This document shows positions 1 to 13,756 of a stretch of 64,000 nt of DNA, piece by piece. Both the position numbers and the translations under genes were made by a program. Below the pieces are notes generated by a model. It was not told the DNA's origin, did no database searches, and saw only the letters and a list, made by a program, of their open reading frames with translations. The stretch is from Zygnema circumcarinatum SAG 698-1b (taxonomy: Eukaryota > Plantae > Zygnematophyceae), in NCBI GenBank assembly GCA_037447605.1, contig CM074811.1:992001-1056000 (forward strand), in the 5' to 3' direction. Numbering within the stretch: position 1 is the first letter of the stretch; each line of letters begins with the position of its first letter.

Positions 1-114
1 AAAAAGATTCCCTCCCGAAATATTCAAAACAGGGGGGATAACCAAAACGGGCAGGTAATATTTTCAAAAGAGGGAGTACGAAAGCCAAAATAGGGGGGTG
101 CAGTAGAATTCTCC
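1..114. mobile_element. Right terminal inverted repeat (diverged) of the same family as the element at 31013-32062; the rest lies upstream of the window
   Basis: 1-114 (aaaaagatt..cccgaaatattcaaaac.gggggg.ta.ccaaaacgggcagg..aa.attttcaaa...gtgcagtagaattctcc) aligns colinearly with 31952-32062, which ends gtgcagtagagttaccc. Confidence 0.8.
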
Positions 115-1893
115 TTGTCGGATTTGATAAGATTTTTTTTGGGCAGAAGAGCGATCGCACGCACAAGCAGAAATCTTCAAACCGGTTTTCTCGCCTCGGG
201 GGGACAGCAATAAGGATCTTTTCAGAAACTGACCGCGCTAATGACGACAGCCTACGTCACCAAGTTCGCAACTTCCCCCAACCGTGCAAACCGGCAAAGG
301 CGGCCGTCGGTAAATTCCAATCATGGAGGGCGACAGCGCGCCAAGAATACAAGTATCGTATCGTTTCGGTCGCGGGCCCGCCGCCATGGCGGACATATCG
401 CGCGTTGCCGTCCTATCTTCTCTAATTGACTACTGGCTTTTTCTCCATAACAAATAATGAAAACGCAATTCGTTCTAAACCCCTATCACACATTCCCTCA
501 CCCTCCTCTCTTCCTCTCTACTCCCTCCCCCAGTAGCACTCCTACTTCCAGGTCGCATATTCTTCGGCATCCTTATTTACAACACATCGACTGTTCGATA
601 GCCCCCCTCTCCGATTGCACTCTCTCTTCCTATCGCCCATCTCCATCTCCCTCTCCGCCTCCCTCTCCCTCTCCCTCCCCTTGCCGCTGCACACATTCGA
701 CATGCACATGGATGCTACCGAAATGGGCTGCTCCATGAAGCGGCGGGCCATGAGCATGGAGAGCCCCCCCGCACAGAGGCGCGCACGGGCCACCCCGCGC
801 CTCCTCCGCTTGCGGTCCCGCTCAAGCTCAAGCTCAGCTCTAATTTCCGCCCTCTCTGCTTCTGCACGCGAACACTCGTAGTCCAGCACCTACCAAAAAA
901 GAGCCAAAAAAGAAATGTTTCGAAAAAATCAACTCCACATTTCTGGTTATTCCCAAAGATTCAAATAAACTCAATTTTCACACTTTCCACTCGATTTTAC
1001 CACGTTGCGTTCGATGTCTTTTCATCCAATCAGAGAAGAAGGTCAGATTCAACACAGAAAGAGGCCGTGGATCGCCTTTTCGGGCGGTTCACGGCCTCTT
1101 CAAAATTAGTTTGCGGAGTTGTCCCACGGAGTTGGTACAGCCTGCCTGGGCAAGGCTGGAAGCGGAGGGAGCAGGAGCAGGGGAGAGCACCAAGGAGAGA
1201 GGGTGAGAGGGAGAGATAGCACAAACAAGGCACAAAATCCCACCCTGCAAACACGGCAATAGCCTCACGATCAAGTCTACAAAAGACCTGATTTCGATCG
1301 CTACTGCCACCTAGCACTGCTGTACCTACACACTGTAAAGCTTTCCCTCCCTTCCGTGACGGGTAACGTAGAACAAACCTACGTAATACTGACCCCCCAC
1401 TACATGCTGACACAGATTGCCGCCCTCCATAACATGAAAAACAGTAACTCTGAACCTCGGGAGCCAATGAGCTACAGCCGAAGCGGCCCTGAATCTCTCT
1501 CCTATAGCCAGGAAAGCATGTCTATGGCAGAAGAAAAAACCGATTTACGGAATCCGTTTCTTAGGGAAGATATATGGTCTGCTAATGGGTCATAAGGGAC
1601 GTCTGCCCAGCAGCTTCCCATCCCCTCTGCTGGACAGCAGCAAAAGTGGCCAGACCTCCATTCCGGGCAGAAATTTCTGCTTCCTCAATGACCGACTACA
1701 CTATCGAGCTTCTGCCAAATATTCCATCCATTCCGGTTTAACGGAGCATAGAGCTTCAGAGTCATCTATGAGCCGAAGCGGATTGGTCTCTCCCTCAGCG
1801 GGCAGCGAAGGAGGTGGAGTGACGGAAGACTGCACAAATGAATTCAAGAAACTACCTCCATAAAATATCATTTTCCCTTTCCGGACAGAAAGC

Positions 1894-4700
1894 TCATAAG
1901 GGCTTCACCTTCGGCCCCCTGTACACGCCCCTCTGAACCACAAAGTCATCAGGGGGTCTGAACTCCTCCAGCCATGCAGTGGCAGTGGTTGAAGGCACCC
2001 CCTTCTCCCCCGCCAAACCATTCTCGTGCGATTTTTCTGAAGGGCAATCACCTGCCCATGCCCAGAAAAATTACTTTTTTTGTCAGCCAGAGTTGAAGAC
2101 ATCCTTCAAGTCGATGTGGACAAGGAAGGACGACCCGGCAGTGTTGATTGATAAAAGGGAGAGAAGAAAGGAGGGTCGAAGGGTGAAGGGAAGGAGAGGA
2201 GCGAGCGGAAAGGTAAAGAGGAGGCATGTGTGTAGAGAGACGAGGAGAGGAATGAAAATAAATATATGAGCTCCGAATAACAAGACGGTAACATTAATTC
2301 TGAACAAACTTCTCCAGCCTCTCAACTCTTCAAGAAACCGTGGATCACTTTACCCTGATAAGACACACAGCAAGTGGCCAATCCCTCAGCCACTTCCCAT
2401 GCCAGCCACTCCTCAATTCCCAACTTCCTCCTGCCCCTCGTCATTAAACGCCCTTCCTCACAAGACCACGCTACTCACCTTCTATCCCATCGGAAGGCAC
2501 CTCGCGGAAATATGTGCAGTGCCGGCCCTTGCTCGCATCATAGGGGGGAGCCAACACATCCAGAACTGCGCAGGCAGTGACTGCTCGGAAAGCGTGGATG
2601 TTGCAACTGAGGGGGTAAAGGACTTCCGTGTCACAGGGAGATGTCAGCACTTGGTCTTCAACAAGCTTGGCCAATCTGGCTGCAAGAATCATACAAGACA
2701 TTGTGAAGTGAGCATCTCAGAGTTTCATACTTCGCGTTTGCGTCCTGGATCCCTCGATGAACTTCTAGTCGTCTTGGGACAACAAGATCGTTACAACTTA
2801 CGTTGAGGGTGTTGGCCATTCCGTTTTTCTTCAACAGGATTGACCCAATCGTATGACTTCACGTGCATGGAGCCGTAGAGGACTTTACTGAAAACTGTCA
2901 TTCCCGGATGGTTATGCAAAGGAAGCGCTGCAGATACGGGGAGACAGAAAATTCCCATCTGCAGTACCAACAAACCCTCAAACACCACCTTTAGCTTTCC
3001 TCCTCCAAGATTGTGTCCCTCCATCTCCCTCCTTTAAACGATACACATTCACCATGAATAAAGTTCACTTCAAACATTCGGCTCCATCTCTGCTTGTATC
3101 CATATGATACGCATATACTCTGATTCAGTTCAGAGCTGGGATTCGCAGTCGAAGGAGCTTCTCAAAATAATTCTTCGACGGACGACTATGAGCCTACTCA
3201 GTGAGCTGGGCTCCTAAACCGGCAGTGCGCCATACCTAGCCCTATCTAGTTTCTGCATACATGCTCTATGTAATCCACAAGTAACTGGAAGGACGGACAA
3301 AGCTAGTTAACATCATCAAACTAACCTCGAAGGACATGAAGACATCTCTCCTCACCAACCCATATCCTTCCTTTTCCAGTGGCGCTGCTCACATACAAAC
3401 GCTTCCCTGTCCCATGCCTATCCAATTCGAGACTCTTGCACTACATGGTAGTCTCCAAACCTTGCAGCCGACATGAAAAAAGCTGCAATTGCTAAGGCCC
3501 ACCATCTTACCGAAAAATCATCACAATCATAGAGTTCCAAATACGTTATTGGTGGAGACAGGCGCGGGACAACAGGCGCGGGTTTCTTTTTCCGACCATT
3601 CACCCCCAGCATGCCAATTCCCCGCTCAATCTCTCCCGCAGCATCCGCATTGTCTTCTAAACCAACGTCTGAAGCTTTCATACGGTCTGCATGACATAAT
3701 AACTTCGGTGTCAATACTGAAGCAATGGAAAATAAACACCGACATACCGGATGACCCCAAACTTTGACAGGGACCCAGTAACCGCCTTCAAGACCTAGAA
3801 AACACAGGCTGACAATACGCTCCCAGAATGTCAAAAGACATATGGTCCGCCCGGAATCTTCTGTCATTTCAATCCGAACAATTTTAAAACGATAAACATA
3901 CCATTCTGCTCCATGCAGAGCCAACAGCAGTTGCATTATGTAAACCGGACTTTGCAAGAAGAGACCGTTTAGAGAAGCTCTTGGACCAGGAGTTAATAAC
4001 GGATACAGCAAAAAAAGCTGAGGAAGCAGATCATCCAAAAGCAGGGAGCTGAGACGCTTCTGCAGTCAGTGTATCCAGAGTCTAAGAACCAATATAGACT
4101 TCTCCAGCTATCAAACGGTTTACCAATTCACAGAGCAGGCAAGCACTTAATTCTTCAGTTAAATTAACGACAACAACTCCTTCAGATCCTGAAGACCAGC
4201 CAATGCAAGACTAAAACTCTTCCCTGCGCATCTCCAGTGAAATATAGGTTGAGTAACAACTCAAAATAAGAACGAAAAAGCATAAAAAATCGATAATGTT
4301 ACATGAACAGCACAGCAGAGTTGAAAATCGCGGTTCATGTGCGCAGGCAGCCTCCTTTGCTCCCCTCACCTAGTATTGTTCGCACTCGTTCCAAGGCCTG
4401 CGGAGTCGGCGTCCCTCCCCCTCCAAATGCTTTCTTACAAGCGTCATAGAGCTTTTGAACGGCAGGCATGAATTGCTCCCTGCTTGCGGCACCGTACTCC
4501 GTATACCGCTCTCCTGCAGACACTCCTGGATGCAATATTTTCTGATCTCCTGAAAGCGCCGCTCTTGAAGGAGCGCTGCAAACCTTTTTCTTCGACCCAA
4601 ACCCACTAAAAAAGGAAGACCCGGCGATGGACGAAAAATTCATTGCACCTGCTGCAACATCCATTCCACCATGCTTTGCCTGTGCAGCGCTGTCGCTCAC
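1894..4700 (-). CDS. PCO: Plant cysteine oxidase / cysteamine dioxygenase family (cupin thiol dioxygenase), 5 exons, ~340 aa
   Basis: Exons 4700-4370, 3686-3511, 2958-2802, 2679-2479, 2051-1894 (sum 1023 nt, GT-AG, in frame). Motifs: [79 protein letters not shown]. The start could also be a downstream Met (4664 or 4643). Confidence 0.92.
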
Positions 4701-6285
4701 TTCTCAGGAAGCTTTATCCCGCACAAAATACCACCCTGCCGCTCCCCCTTCCTCACACTGATTCCAATATCCCCTTTCCCCCGACCAGAAACCATAGACT
4801 CCCGCCTCCCTCCTCTCGCCCACCCTCCCGATGCCTGTCACCTGCCCCTGGGGCAAAATCAAATCAGCAAATCTATGGCAGAAAAATGATCAAAAAGTAA
4901 ACGAAATCCTCGTGGTGATGAAGACACGCGCAAAGCTGCCCTTCGAGCCAGCCGTCCTGCAGCTCTTGTTCAAGCCCTATCTATCCTTTTCCGCCATGGC
5001 TTCTTCTGCTCGGAGGGGATGGCAAGCAGCCCTTTCACTCCCACAGGTAAACCGTACAATTCGTACGTCACGTACAGTTCGTACAGTGTGTGGTCGCGTG
5101 GCCACATGTACAAGGGACGTTCTCCGTTTAACATGCCCCATTCTGTGTTGGCCGTACAAATAACGGAGGGTTCCACGTGCGACCGCCAGCACAGCAAGGG
5201 GAGAGTGCCAGCGTGCCAGGCCAGCGCCGCATTTCCGGCTCTCCGTGCGGACACGGACGGTTGACAGTACGGAAAGATGTACAGACATCAGGGGGGAAAT
5301 AAATGCCCGCCCAGCGAAGTGCGCCCGCTTGTCCACAAAAAGACAAGACAGTGGACACGTGTCGCCCGATGCGCAATGGCCGGCGGGATTCTGCGGTCCC
5401 TATGAGTTGCCACGTTGCAGCGCTGGCTAAAGGACGGTGCCACGTCGCCTCCGTGAGGGGTTACAGCCAATGGAAGGGCGTCGTCAAGCGTGTGACGGGG
5501 CCGGCCGCCAGCGCGGCGAGGGGGCGGGGGGGCTGCAACGGCGAGCGTTCGGGGGGCCGTGGTCGGTGGCCGCTTGGGTAGGCATACGGACAGCGCTCTG
5601 AGGGTTAAGTCCGTGGACAAAAGTCAAAAAGCGCGGGAGCGAAAAAAATAAGGGAATCATCAACGACCCGTACAGTGCGGTACGGTGCGGTACGGCGGCT
5701 GGGACGGGCTGGGACGAGGGGTTTTAGGGTTTGGAGGGTTTTAACAATATGGAGTTCGGTTGGTTCAACTTTATTCAACTTTGTCAGTTTTGCTGACGTG
5801 GTTCAACCTGGATGACGTAATCTTGGCACTGGCGGACCGGTCAGAAAGTATTTGGCCCCGCGGGCAGGCCCCTGTTTCGTGCCCCATGACGTCAACAATC
5901 AAAGTGTGCACCAAATTTTTTTTTGAATACGGTAAGAAAGGAGGTACAGAAAATACGAACACTACGGACATGGCGGACAGTACTGTACGAACAGTGCGGA
6001 CAGTGTGCATCCACGCGTGAGTCACGTGTCACCCGCCGCCATCCCGGCGCCAGCCGTGACGGGGCACGCTGGCGTGGCAGTGGCATGGGCCTGGCACGTG
6101 CGATCGCGTGCCCGGGCGCTGTCCAGCACTCGATGCCCTAGACGCCACATGGCGCATTTTCATTCGCGCTAACTGCGCGGCGGCGCCCCGCCTTTCTTGT
6201 GCCAACCGTATCGCACGTGCGAACGGGGGAAGGGCAGCCTCTGAAAAACTTCGTTCCGGAGGTTGCAAACTTACAGGTCGGGCGA

Positions 6286-6540
6286 TTGGACCAACCATTC
6301 GACTGGTTGCCAACCATTAGATGTCCAACTATTGGCGAACCATGGGATGGCAATGGTTGGACGTCTAATGTTTGCCAACCATTCGATTGGTTACAACCAT
6401 TGGCTCAAGATCGAAACTACCATTCGAATGGTTCGGAACCAGTGAATGCCAATGCTTGCCAACCATTCGAATGGTTGCCAAGCATTGGCTTCCAACCATT
6501 GCTATCCAATGGTTGTCCAATGGTTGCCGTCCAGTGGTCC
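6286..6540. repeat. Degenerate array of AACCATT/AATGGTT half-palindromes
   Basis: Repeated ccaaccatt(c/g) and (c/g)aatggtt. Perfect 18-bp palindrome CAACCATTCGAATGGTTG at 6460-6477, inside a 42-bp palindrome (6448-6489) with one mismatch. Confidence 0.85.
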
Positions 6541-7460
6541 GACCCGTGAAACTTTCCACGTCCGCTTGACAACTCCAACCGGTCGAAGGAAGGAGCTTGG
6601 CCCGTCAGGACGCGCCCTAAAAACAGAAGCAGAAAAAAAACAAAAAACCATTCCCCCGGGCAGCCCGCCGGAGATATTTCGCCGTGTTTTCGCTTTCTGA
6701 CAGGCAAGAGTGCCGTACCGTACGGTAGCTTTCCTGAACCCTCCGCGCAGCCGACAAAAGCCGGTTTCGTGGCGGGACGGGCAGGGTTCAGGGACCACGC
6801 GAACCGCCGCGGGACGGCGCCGGCGGTGCAATGATTGGTTTGTGGCCCGCGGGCGGGCGTCGCTGGCGAGTGGGCCCGGGGCTCGGGGACAGCGGTCATT
6901 ACAAAGAATATTTTTGCAAAAGTTCAAGTAGAACGGATGTTTGTTTGAACTCACGATGGCTCACGACTCGCGTTCGGATAAAAAAGAACCATTCAAAATT
7001 GAAATCTCCCGCCCGAGCGGCGCTGAGCACGGCCGCATTTCCCTTTTTGCAGCGCATCTTGGAGGGATTTTGGTTTGGATTTCGGCCATTCCGCCTCCGT
7101 ACACGAACTGTACCATGGAGAATCCATGTCAACAACTGTGCCTTCGCGCGTGCGAGGGTTCGAACTCCGCCCCCTCCAAAGTCCAAGCCGGCACGCGCCG
7201 CAACGACTGCGACGCACGGTAGGGGCACTGATCAGCAACGCCACGTGGCAGACCTGCATGGAAGGCCGCGTGGCAGCTATGTGGCCGTCCCGCGATCCGC
7301 GCTGCCGGTCCTTCGCCGACTGCGCCGGAAATCAGTCCGTACAGGTTTGCCAATCACGTGGCAGCACATGGCCACGTGTCGCGTGGCTAGTGGTTGGCAC
7401 GAGCAAGATGTGCTCTAGAAAGCTCGATTTGGTCTGTGCAAGGGCAGTGGCCGGATCGTG

Positions 7461-7970
7461 ATCTTGGATTCTTGGAATATTTTGGATTTTCTGAATATCT
7501 TAGATTAATAGGGGGAGTCAGACCTTGACCAGCGCCAAACCAATTCCGCGAGCCCGTCGGGCCAATTCCGCGTTGTACGGCAGGCCTTTTTCGCCAAAAG
7601 TGCACGTTCGACGCCCGAGCCTGTATCTCATTTTTGTAACCTATTTCGAAGTACGGACAAACCTATTTCGAAGTACGGACGGGACAGACAGGTTCGGGGG
7701 GAGCCGCGGTTTCCGATCCGAATTCTGCAATCGAAATCAATACCTTTCCGCCGGTGGAATCTTTCAATTCCGCGGGCGATGGTCAAGGTCTGACTCCCCC
7801 TAATGTAAGATATCGGATTCCAGAAAGAAATCTAGGATTTTCAGGAAGTCTGGAATACTGGGAAGATCTTGGATTTCATGAAGATCTTGGATTCTTGTAA
7901 GATCTCAGATTCCAGAAAGATCTTGCATTCTGAGAAGATCTTGGATTCTATGAAGATATTGAATCCTGAG
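7461..7970 (+). repeat. 18-bp minisatellite (consensus aagatcttggattcnnnn), interrupted by a MITE at 7510-7801
   Basis: Six clean 18-bp units at 7863-7970. More degenerate units at 7461-7509 and 7802-7862. Confidence 0.85.
7510..7801. mobile_element. MITE, 292 bp, TIR AGGGGGAGTCAGACCTTGACCA(G/T)CGC, 3-bp TSD AAT
   Basis: The left end agggggagtcagaccttgaccagcgc and right end gcgatggtcaaggtctgactccccct are reverse complements (1 mismatch in 26). AAT lies at 7507-7509 and 7802-7804. Removing the element plus one AAT restores an exact 18-bp minisatellite unit. Confidence 0.88.
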
Positions 7971-8471
7971 ACGATCCATGATCCGCTTCCAGGCCTACCC
8001 CATGTTGAGGCCATCACCCGCCAGCCGCCGCCGGCCCCATTCCCCAATCATCCAGTTCAACATTGTTCCCTTGGCCCATTCCACCCACCGACCAGGTCCA
8101 TGCTCGCGCTGAGCCACGCATGGTGCCATGGCATGGCATCACATGGCACGGCCACATCTCCGCAACCCTAAAACGATCTCAAGCTTATAAAGAGGCTGAC
8201 AATGCAAATAAAAATTTGTTCTCTTATAAATAAATCATAAGAATAAAAATATAAACATTTACAAAATACCTACACCGAAGCCATATTCCTCGCCCCCTTT
8301 CCCTCGTGACACCGCCTCTCCTCTCCTTCCCCATTCCCCACCTTCCCCACTCACACCCGTCCAACCTCCCCAGGGAGCCTTCACCCCCCCCCCCCCTCCC
8401 TCCCTCCCTCTCCCCCTCCCCCTCTCCCTCCCCACCTCCCTCCCTTCTCCCTCCCTCTCTCCCCCCCTCTC

Positions 8472-11400
8472 TCACCGCCCGCTTCCCCACTCATCACTCC
8501 CCACCCCTCTCCCACTCGCCGCGGACTGCATGTGAGTCAGCCGCAGCTTCCCCGAGCCGGGCCCGTCCAGCACGTTCGTGAGCATGTCCACGATGTCGCC
8601 CATCTCCGGCCTCATCTTGGCGTCCCCCCGGATGCAGTGCTTGGCCGCCAAGGCGAGCTTTTTGGCCACTTTCTCGGGGAAGGGGTCCGCGAGGTTGGGG
8701 TCCGCGAGCCGCTTCACGTCGAGGATGCCTTTTGAGAGGAGGGGTTTGGCCCAGCTCGTGAGGGAGACGGGTTCGCCGCTCTTGCTGCTGCCCATGGCGC
8801 GCCGCCCTGTGAGCAGCTCAAGGAGGAGGACTCCGTACGCGTAGACATCGCTCTTCTTTGTCAGGCGGCCTGGGACGGGAAGGAGGGGGAGAGAGGGAGA
8901 GAGGGAGGGGGAGGAAGGGAGAGAGGGAGGTAGGGAGGGAGAGAGGGAGGGAGGGAGAGGGGGAGAGAGAGGTGGAGAGAGTGGGAGGCAGAGGGAGAGA
9001 GAGGGAGGGAGGGACAGAGAGAGGGAGAGAGGGAGAGAGAGGGAGGCAGCGAGAGAGAGGGAGGGAGGGAGAGAGAGAGAAGGGTCTCTCGAGCTTTGAG
9101 TTTTCGATTATCGATCTCCAACACTGATGTATGAGTCTCATTTGTCATCACAAGACAAATGACTTGTTTTGAACAGTTTCAATTAACATGTTTGTGGATA
9201 TGGACACCATCAGCGGTCCTGCGAAGTGATTAGTCCAAATTTTTTTAAGAGAGAGGGAGGTGAGCGAGACAGAGAAGGTGGGGAATAAAGGAGAGAGCGA
9301 GAAGTGAGAGGAAGGGAGAGAATGGAGAGACGGGGAGAGAAGACAAGGGAGAAATTAACCATCAAAGCTTTCCTCCTCTTTACACTCCTCAAATGTGAAC
9401 AACTTTCCACTTTCCCTCCCTCCCTCCCTCCTCCCCCTTTCCGCCCCCCTCCCCACTTCCCCCATCCTCCCCTTCCCCCTCCCCTCCCTCTCCCCCTCTC
9501 CTCCCCTTCCCCCTCCCCCTCCCCTCTCCCCCTCTCCTCCCCTTCCCCCTCCCCCTCCCCTCTCCCCCTCTCCTCCCCCTCCCCCATCCTCCCTCCCCAC
9601 TCCCCCTCTCCCCCTCCCCTTCCCCCTCCCCCCTCCCCCCTCCCCTGCAAAGTTGTGGTGTTCAAGGATTTTAGGGTTGGACCTGTCTCTGCGTAGCGAG
9701 GGTCGAGGTATCCCATGGTGCCCATAATCGCTGTGGTCACATGGGTCTTTCCCATTTGCGGCCCTTCCTTGGCCAGACCAAAGTCAGTCAGTTTTGCGAA
9801 AAAGCTCTGCACTCACAAACCAAGTTCTGACTAAGCTTCCTGGAACTTCCAAACTTCCAAAACCAAGGCAGAACAGCCGCCTCTCTTTGAACCCTCCTCT
9901 GCAGGCACAAAGGCAAGCATCAATCAGCTTTTGCAGGTTAACCAAAGGGCTAACCAGCATAAGCTTGCTGCAATATCGGCAGCTGCAGCTTCTCTGACAT
10001 AGTTTCAGACCAAAAAGCTGACCGCGATTTAGTCGTATCGGTCTGGTGAGCTACCGAAAGATTTGTCAAAGCTGTCTGAAATTTATGCTCTCGAAGGATA
10101 AGCTGCTCAAACTCACTAAGATTTGTAGGAGGAAAGTGTGAGCGGATCGGTTTTTAAGGGCAACAAAAAGTGTTACATTCACTTTGTATGCTCTTTTCAT
10201 TCACGTTGTCTAACCTTGGGAAGCTGCTCATGTTCTACTGCAAGATGATGTGGAGAATGGACAGAAACAGTAAAAAATATAACAAAGCCACAAGTCGTGT
10301 CGTGTTTTTGGTTTATTATAGCATTCCCAAAGCCTTTCTTGTAGTACTTCATATTCCACTTCTTCTTCCGACTGTTTATATATCGTGTCCAGAAGTTTAT
10401 TAAAATTTTGTGGTACTGCTTCTATGACATTTTTTTATCTCATATCCTGCGCGAGACAGCCCCAAAAGGGCCCCCTCCCATAGTGTAGCGACCCACAGGA
10501 CTGCTGCGAGCCAATGAATGATCCATCGCCACATGGATTCAAGGGATAGTCGTGCCCGAAAAGCAGAAAGTTCAAGGATTGGTTTGGCTTGGCTCTCTCT
10601 CTCCCTCTCCTCTCTCTCTCTCTCTCTCTCTCGAACGCTGAGGTAGAGTCCGGACCAGAGCCCAGCAATCGAAACAGAGAGAAGAGTACGATTGGGAGTT
10701 TCATGCTTTACTGTCTAAAAGCGATTTGGACTACTGACCTGTCATCATCTATCTATACCCCCATGGTTCAATCCCTGGAGTATAGAAAGCTGGCAGTAGT
10801 TCCACCAAAGATTCTCTTCAAAATCTGCATGTTTTCCTTAAAACGCTTCACTGTCCCGTTCTGAAGCTCGTGCCAGCTTCCTTCCATAAGCAGTAATCCG
10901 TCAGAAAAAACAGACTGTACGAACTGCTCGGACTGTACGGACTCACCTCATCCAGCAAGATATTCGGTGCTTTAAAGTCGCGATGAATGACGTTTCTACT
11001 ATGGAGGTGAGCCAATCCGCGGGCTGCATCGATGGCAATCCCCACTCTCTGCCTCCAAGTGAGGGGTTGAGCATCGCTTGGGTCTGCACAAAGGTCTCCA
11101 AAGGGTTCAGGTTTCTCTACCATCTGAATAAGTAGGTGAAGAGCTGATGGAGTCATATAGAAGGCACTGTTTTGGCATACATAATGAGGAAAAGGGACTC
11201 AGAGAGTGCAGCCCACCTGACATTTTCTGTGAAGTTCAATTCAGGAAGTCTGAAGAGACGAAGGGTGGGGGAGAATTTGCAGCTTTTAAGGAAAGACCCC
11301 TTTTTGTGTGCTAGTATAGGACCGTTTCTTTCACTTACAATACAAAACTGACACATTAGCTCTGCCCGCAGGGCTAACCATTGACCCCAATGATCTTGTG

Positions 11401-13279
11401 AACTAGAAACCAAGTTTTTTTTGTCACCGACATAATAATGCTCATAATGCTGAAGATGATGATTTCACCTGCTTGGGCTTCAAGATTCGTATACCTGCAA
11501 ATAGGTGGTAGTCCAAACTCCCGAGGGGCACAAATTCATAGACGAGAAGCCGCTCTGCTTCGTGGATGCAGTAACCAAGTAATTGAACTAAATTGGGGTG
11601 CACTACATTCCCCAAAACCAAAATTTCTCGCTGTCAAAAAGAATGTGCCCACTCCCTCGCCCAACAACACCTTTGGTCAGTCAATTGACTAACACTCTGC
11701 ATGGCAGCTCCTCTACAAAATCTTTCCTTGCATTAAGTACCTTACCACCTTACCCCCTCCCTCCTCGTCCTCACTTATTCACTCTCTCATCTACTTCGCT
11801 TATCCAAGCTAGTCTTCTTCGGAGATTGGACTTACCAGCCATTCTTGATGCCCTTGATAGCTATCGGCATTCAGCTTCTTTACCGCCACTGGAAGTACGC
11901 TAACTTTCTCTTCCTCCATGACTGGGAGAAATCCTTTGAATACCATCCCAAACCCGCCCTCCCCGAGAACATAGTTCGGACTGAACGAATTCGTAGCATC
12001 CGAAAGCTGCTGATAAGTGAACACATCAAGGTTTGAAACGCTTGGAAATCGATCCAAGGGAGAACAGAGAGGGTCCGGGAGTGGTGGGAGAGGGACAGGA
12101 CTGGGAGGGGTCTCCGGGGGAGGTACAACTGGAGGATCTCTGAAGGATCTGTAAGTTTTTTTCAGAGGGGATGTGCCTGAAATAGGTGGGAAAAAGGGCA
12201 GGGGAGGAGTCGGTTGATAAGGGGGGAACAAAACATGGGTTGAGATGTGAAGTAGGAGGACACTCATCTATGAAATTTAAGGTGAGAGATTTCCATAAAG
12301 TGTGCAGAGAATATGAGTAGTCAGCACGACGAGTGTATCCTACTAGTGGTGTGATAGTAGTCGGAGGAAGCAATGGTCGGCTTTGCGCTAGATTTTCAGA
12401 AAAAAAACGCAGCTTTTGAAATACATGAAACATGAGCAAATTGTCAGGAAAAGACAAAGACGACCTTCAAACGATCAAGATAAGAGTTTTCTAGCTTAAT
12501 AGACATTAAAAATATGAGTGTTTAACAAAGTACACGAGAGGATAGACTATAGAAAATGTCAGATAGCACGTAAATAAGGCAGCATAATTAAGTACTAAGA
12601 ACGCTATCAAACTAAAAAAGAAATACTATGATCACATTCAGCCCCTGTACCTTTAATTTTATTACACTTCATGGAGAAACTTGCTATAACCAAACAAATG
12701 TTTGGGCTCCAAACGTGATCATCTGTCTTGAGCTTGCTTGCTTCTTCTCCCTCTCCCTTTCGCTCGCTCTCCCCCCTCCCCCTCACTCTCCCCGTCTCCC
12801 CCCACACCCCCCCCCCCGTTCCCCCTCCTTCTCCCTCTCTCTCACTCTCTCTGTTATTCTTGTGAGCGCGCACGAGAGCTTGCGGCTCTTGCAGCTACCT
12901 TAACCATCCGGCAATATTTGTATTAAGGACCACTAAGCCGCGAATCTGCGGGGCCCAACTCCGTTCTATAACTAACTTAAACAGCGCATCCTCCATGCAA
13001 CATTCAGAACCGGAGCCACTGAACAGGAAGAGAATATCAATGGCACAGGACGCCCTAATGATGGCTTTTGAAAGCATACTGAGCTTCCAACTTTAGGGTT
13101 TCTTGAATCAAACCCATGCTATCATAGTGTCCGAACTTAGGTAACGAGGCCACCTTGTCAGATTGACCACACAAGGGCAAGAAAAGCAAAGCCGACATGT
13201 TAAATAAATTATGCCAAATCTCACCGTGTTTGCCTTCAACGGGGGCATTACCGCCCATAAAGGACGAACAGGCGCCCAT
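8472..13279 (-). CDS. Receptor-like cytoplasmic kinase, RLCK-VII/PBL-like (copy A), 6 exons, 396 aa
   Basis: Exons 13279-13225 (MGACSS...), 12176-11836, 11630-11495, 11083-10947, 9806-9683, 8869-8472 (sum 1191 nt, in frame). Motifs: [42 protein letters not shown]. Confidence 0.9.
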
Positions 13280-13756
13280 TGAGAGTGGGGACGTGTCCCG
13301 CAATGTCTGAAAGTGCCGTTCAAGAAGAGCATGTGGTAACCCTAAAGCGCAGGCACTGAAGAATCTATCTGAGGTCAGACGGAATCCTGGAAGGAGCGCC
13401 CTTGCCCGGATGCTCTCCTGCCTCCATTCATTTATACGTTAACGAAACAGCGCTAAATTAGCTCCTGCAACCCTTTCTCTGTTACTTCTCTCTCCTTTCT
13501 CTCCCCTGTCTCCCCTCTCACGCACTCTTGAATCAAGATTCCTGCTCGTTAAACTTTCCAATTGGTTCTCTTTCCCATTACTGGTGTATGCATGGTCTCC
13601 CCTTCCTCTTTCCTTCTCCTTTCCTTCCCTGCTTCTACGATCTCCCCTCCTGCTGCCTCTCCCTCCCCGCCCTCACCCTCCTATCCTCCCACGCTCCCTC
13701 CCCCTCCTGCCTCCTCCCTCTCCCTCCAACGGTGTCTTCCTTCCGCCCCCTCACCT

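Noticed and set aside
542-1467. ORFs 542-889(-), 615-881(+) and 1030-1467(-) as a possible small gene
   Set aside because: 542-889 has a plausible acceptor (tggtag|gtgctg) and a charged coiled-coil-like stretch. However, I recognise no domain and could not build a consistent spliced model, so it is left uncalled.
6286-6540. CRISPR-like palindromic repeat array
   Set aside because: No constant repeat length, no unique spacers, no cas genes, and a eukaryotic context.
7155-7180. GGTTCGAA T-loop-like motif (also at 27421 and 50228) suggesting a tRNA or tRNA-derived SINE
   Set aside because: No acceptor, D or anticodon stems and no A box at the proper spacing.
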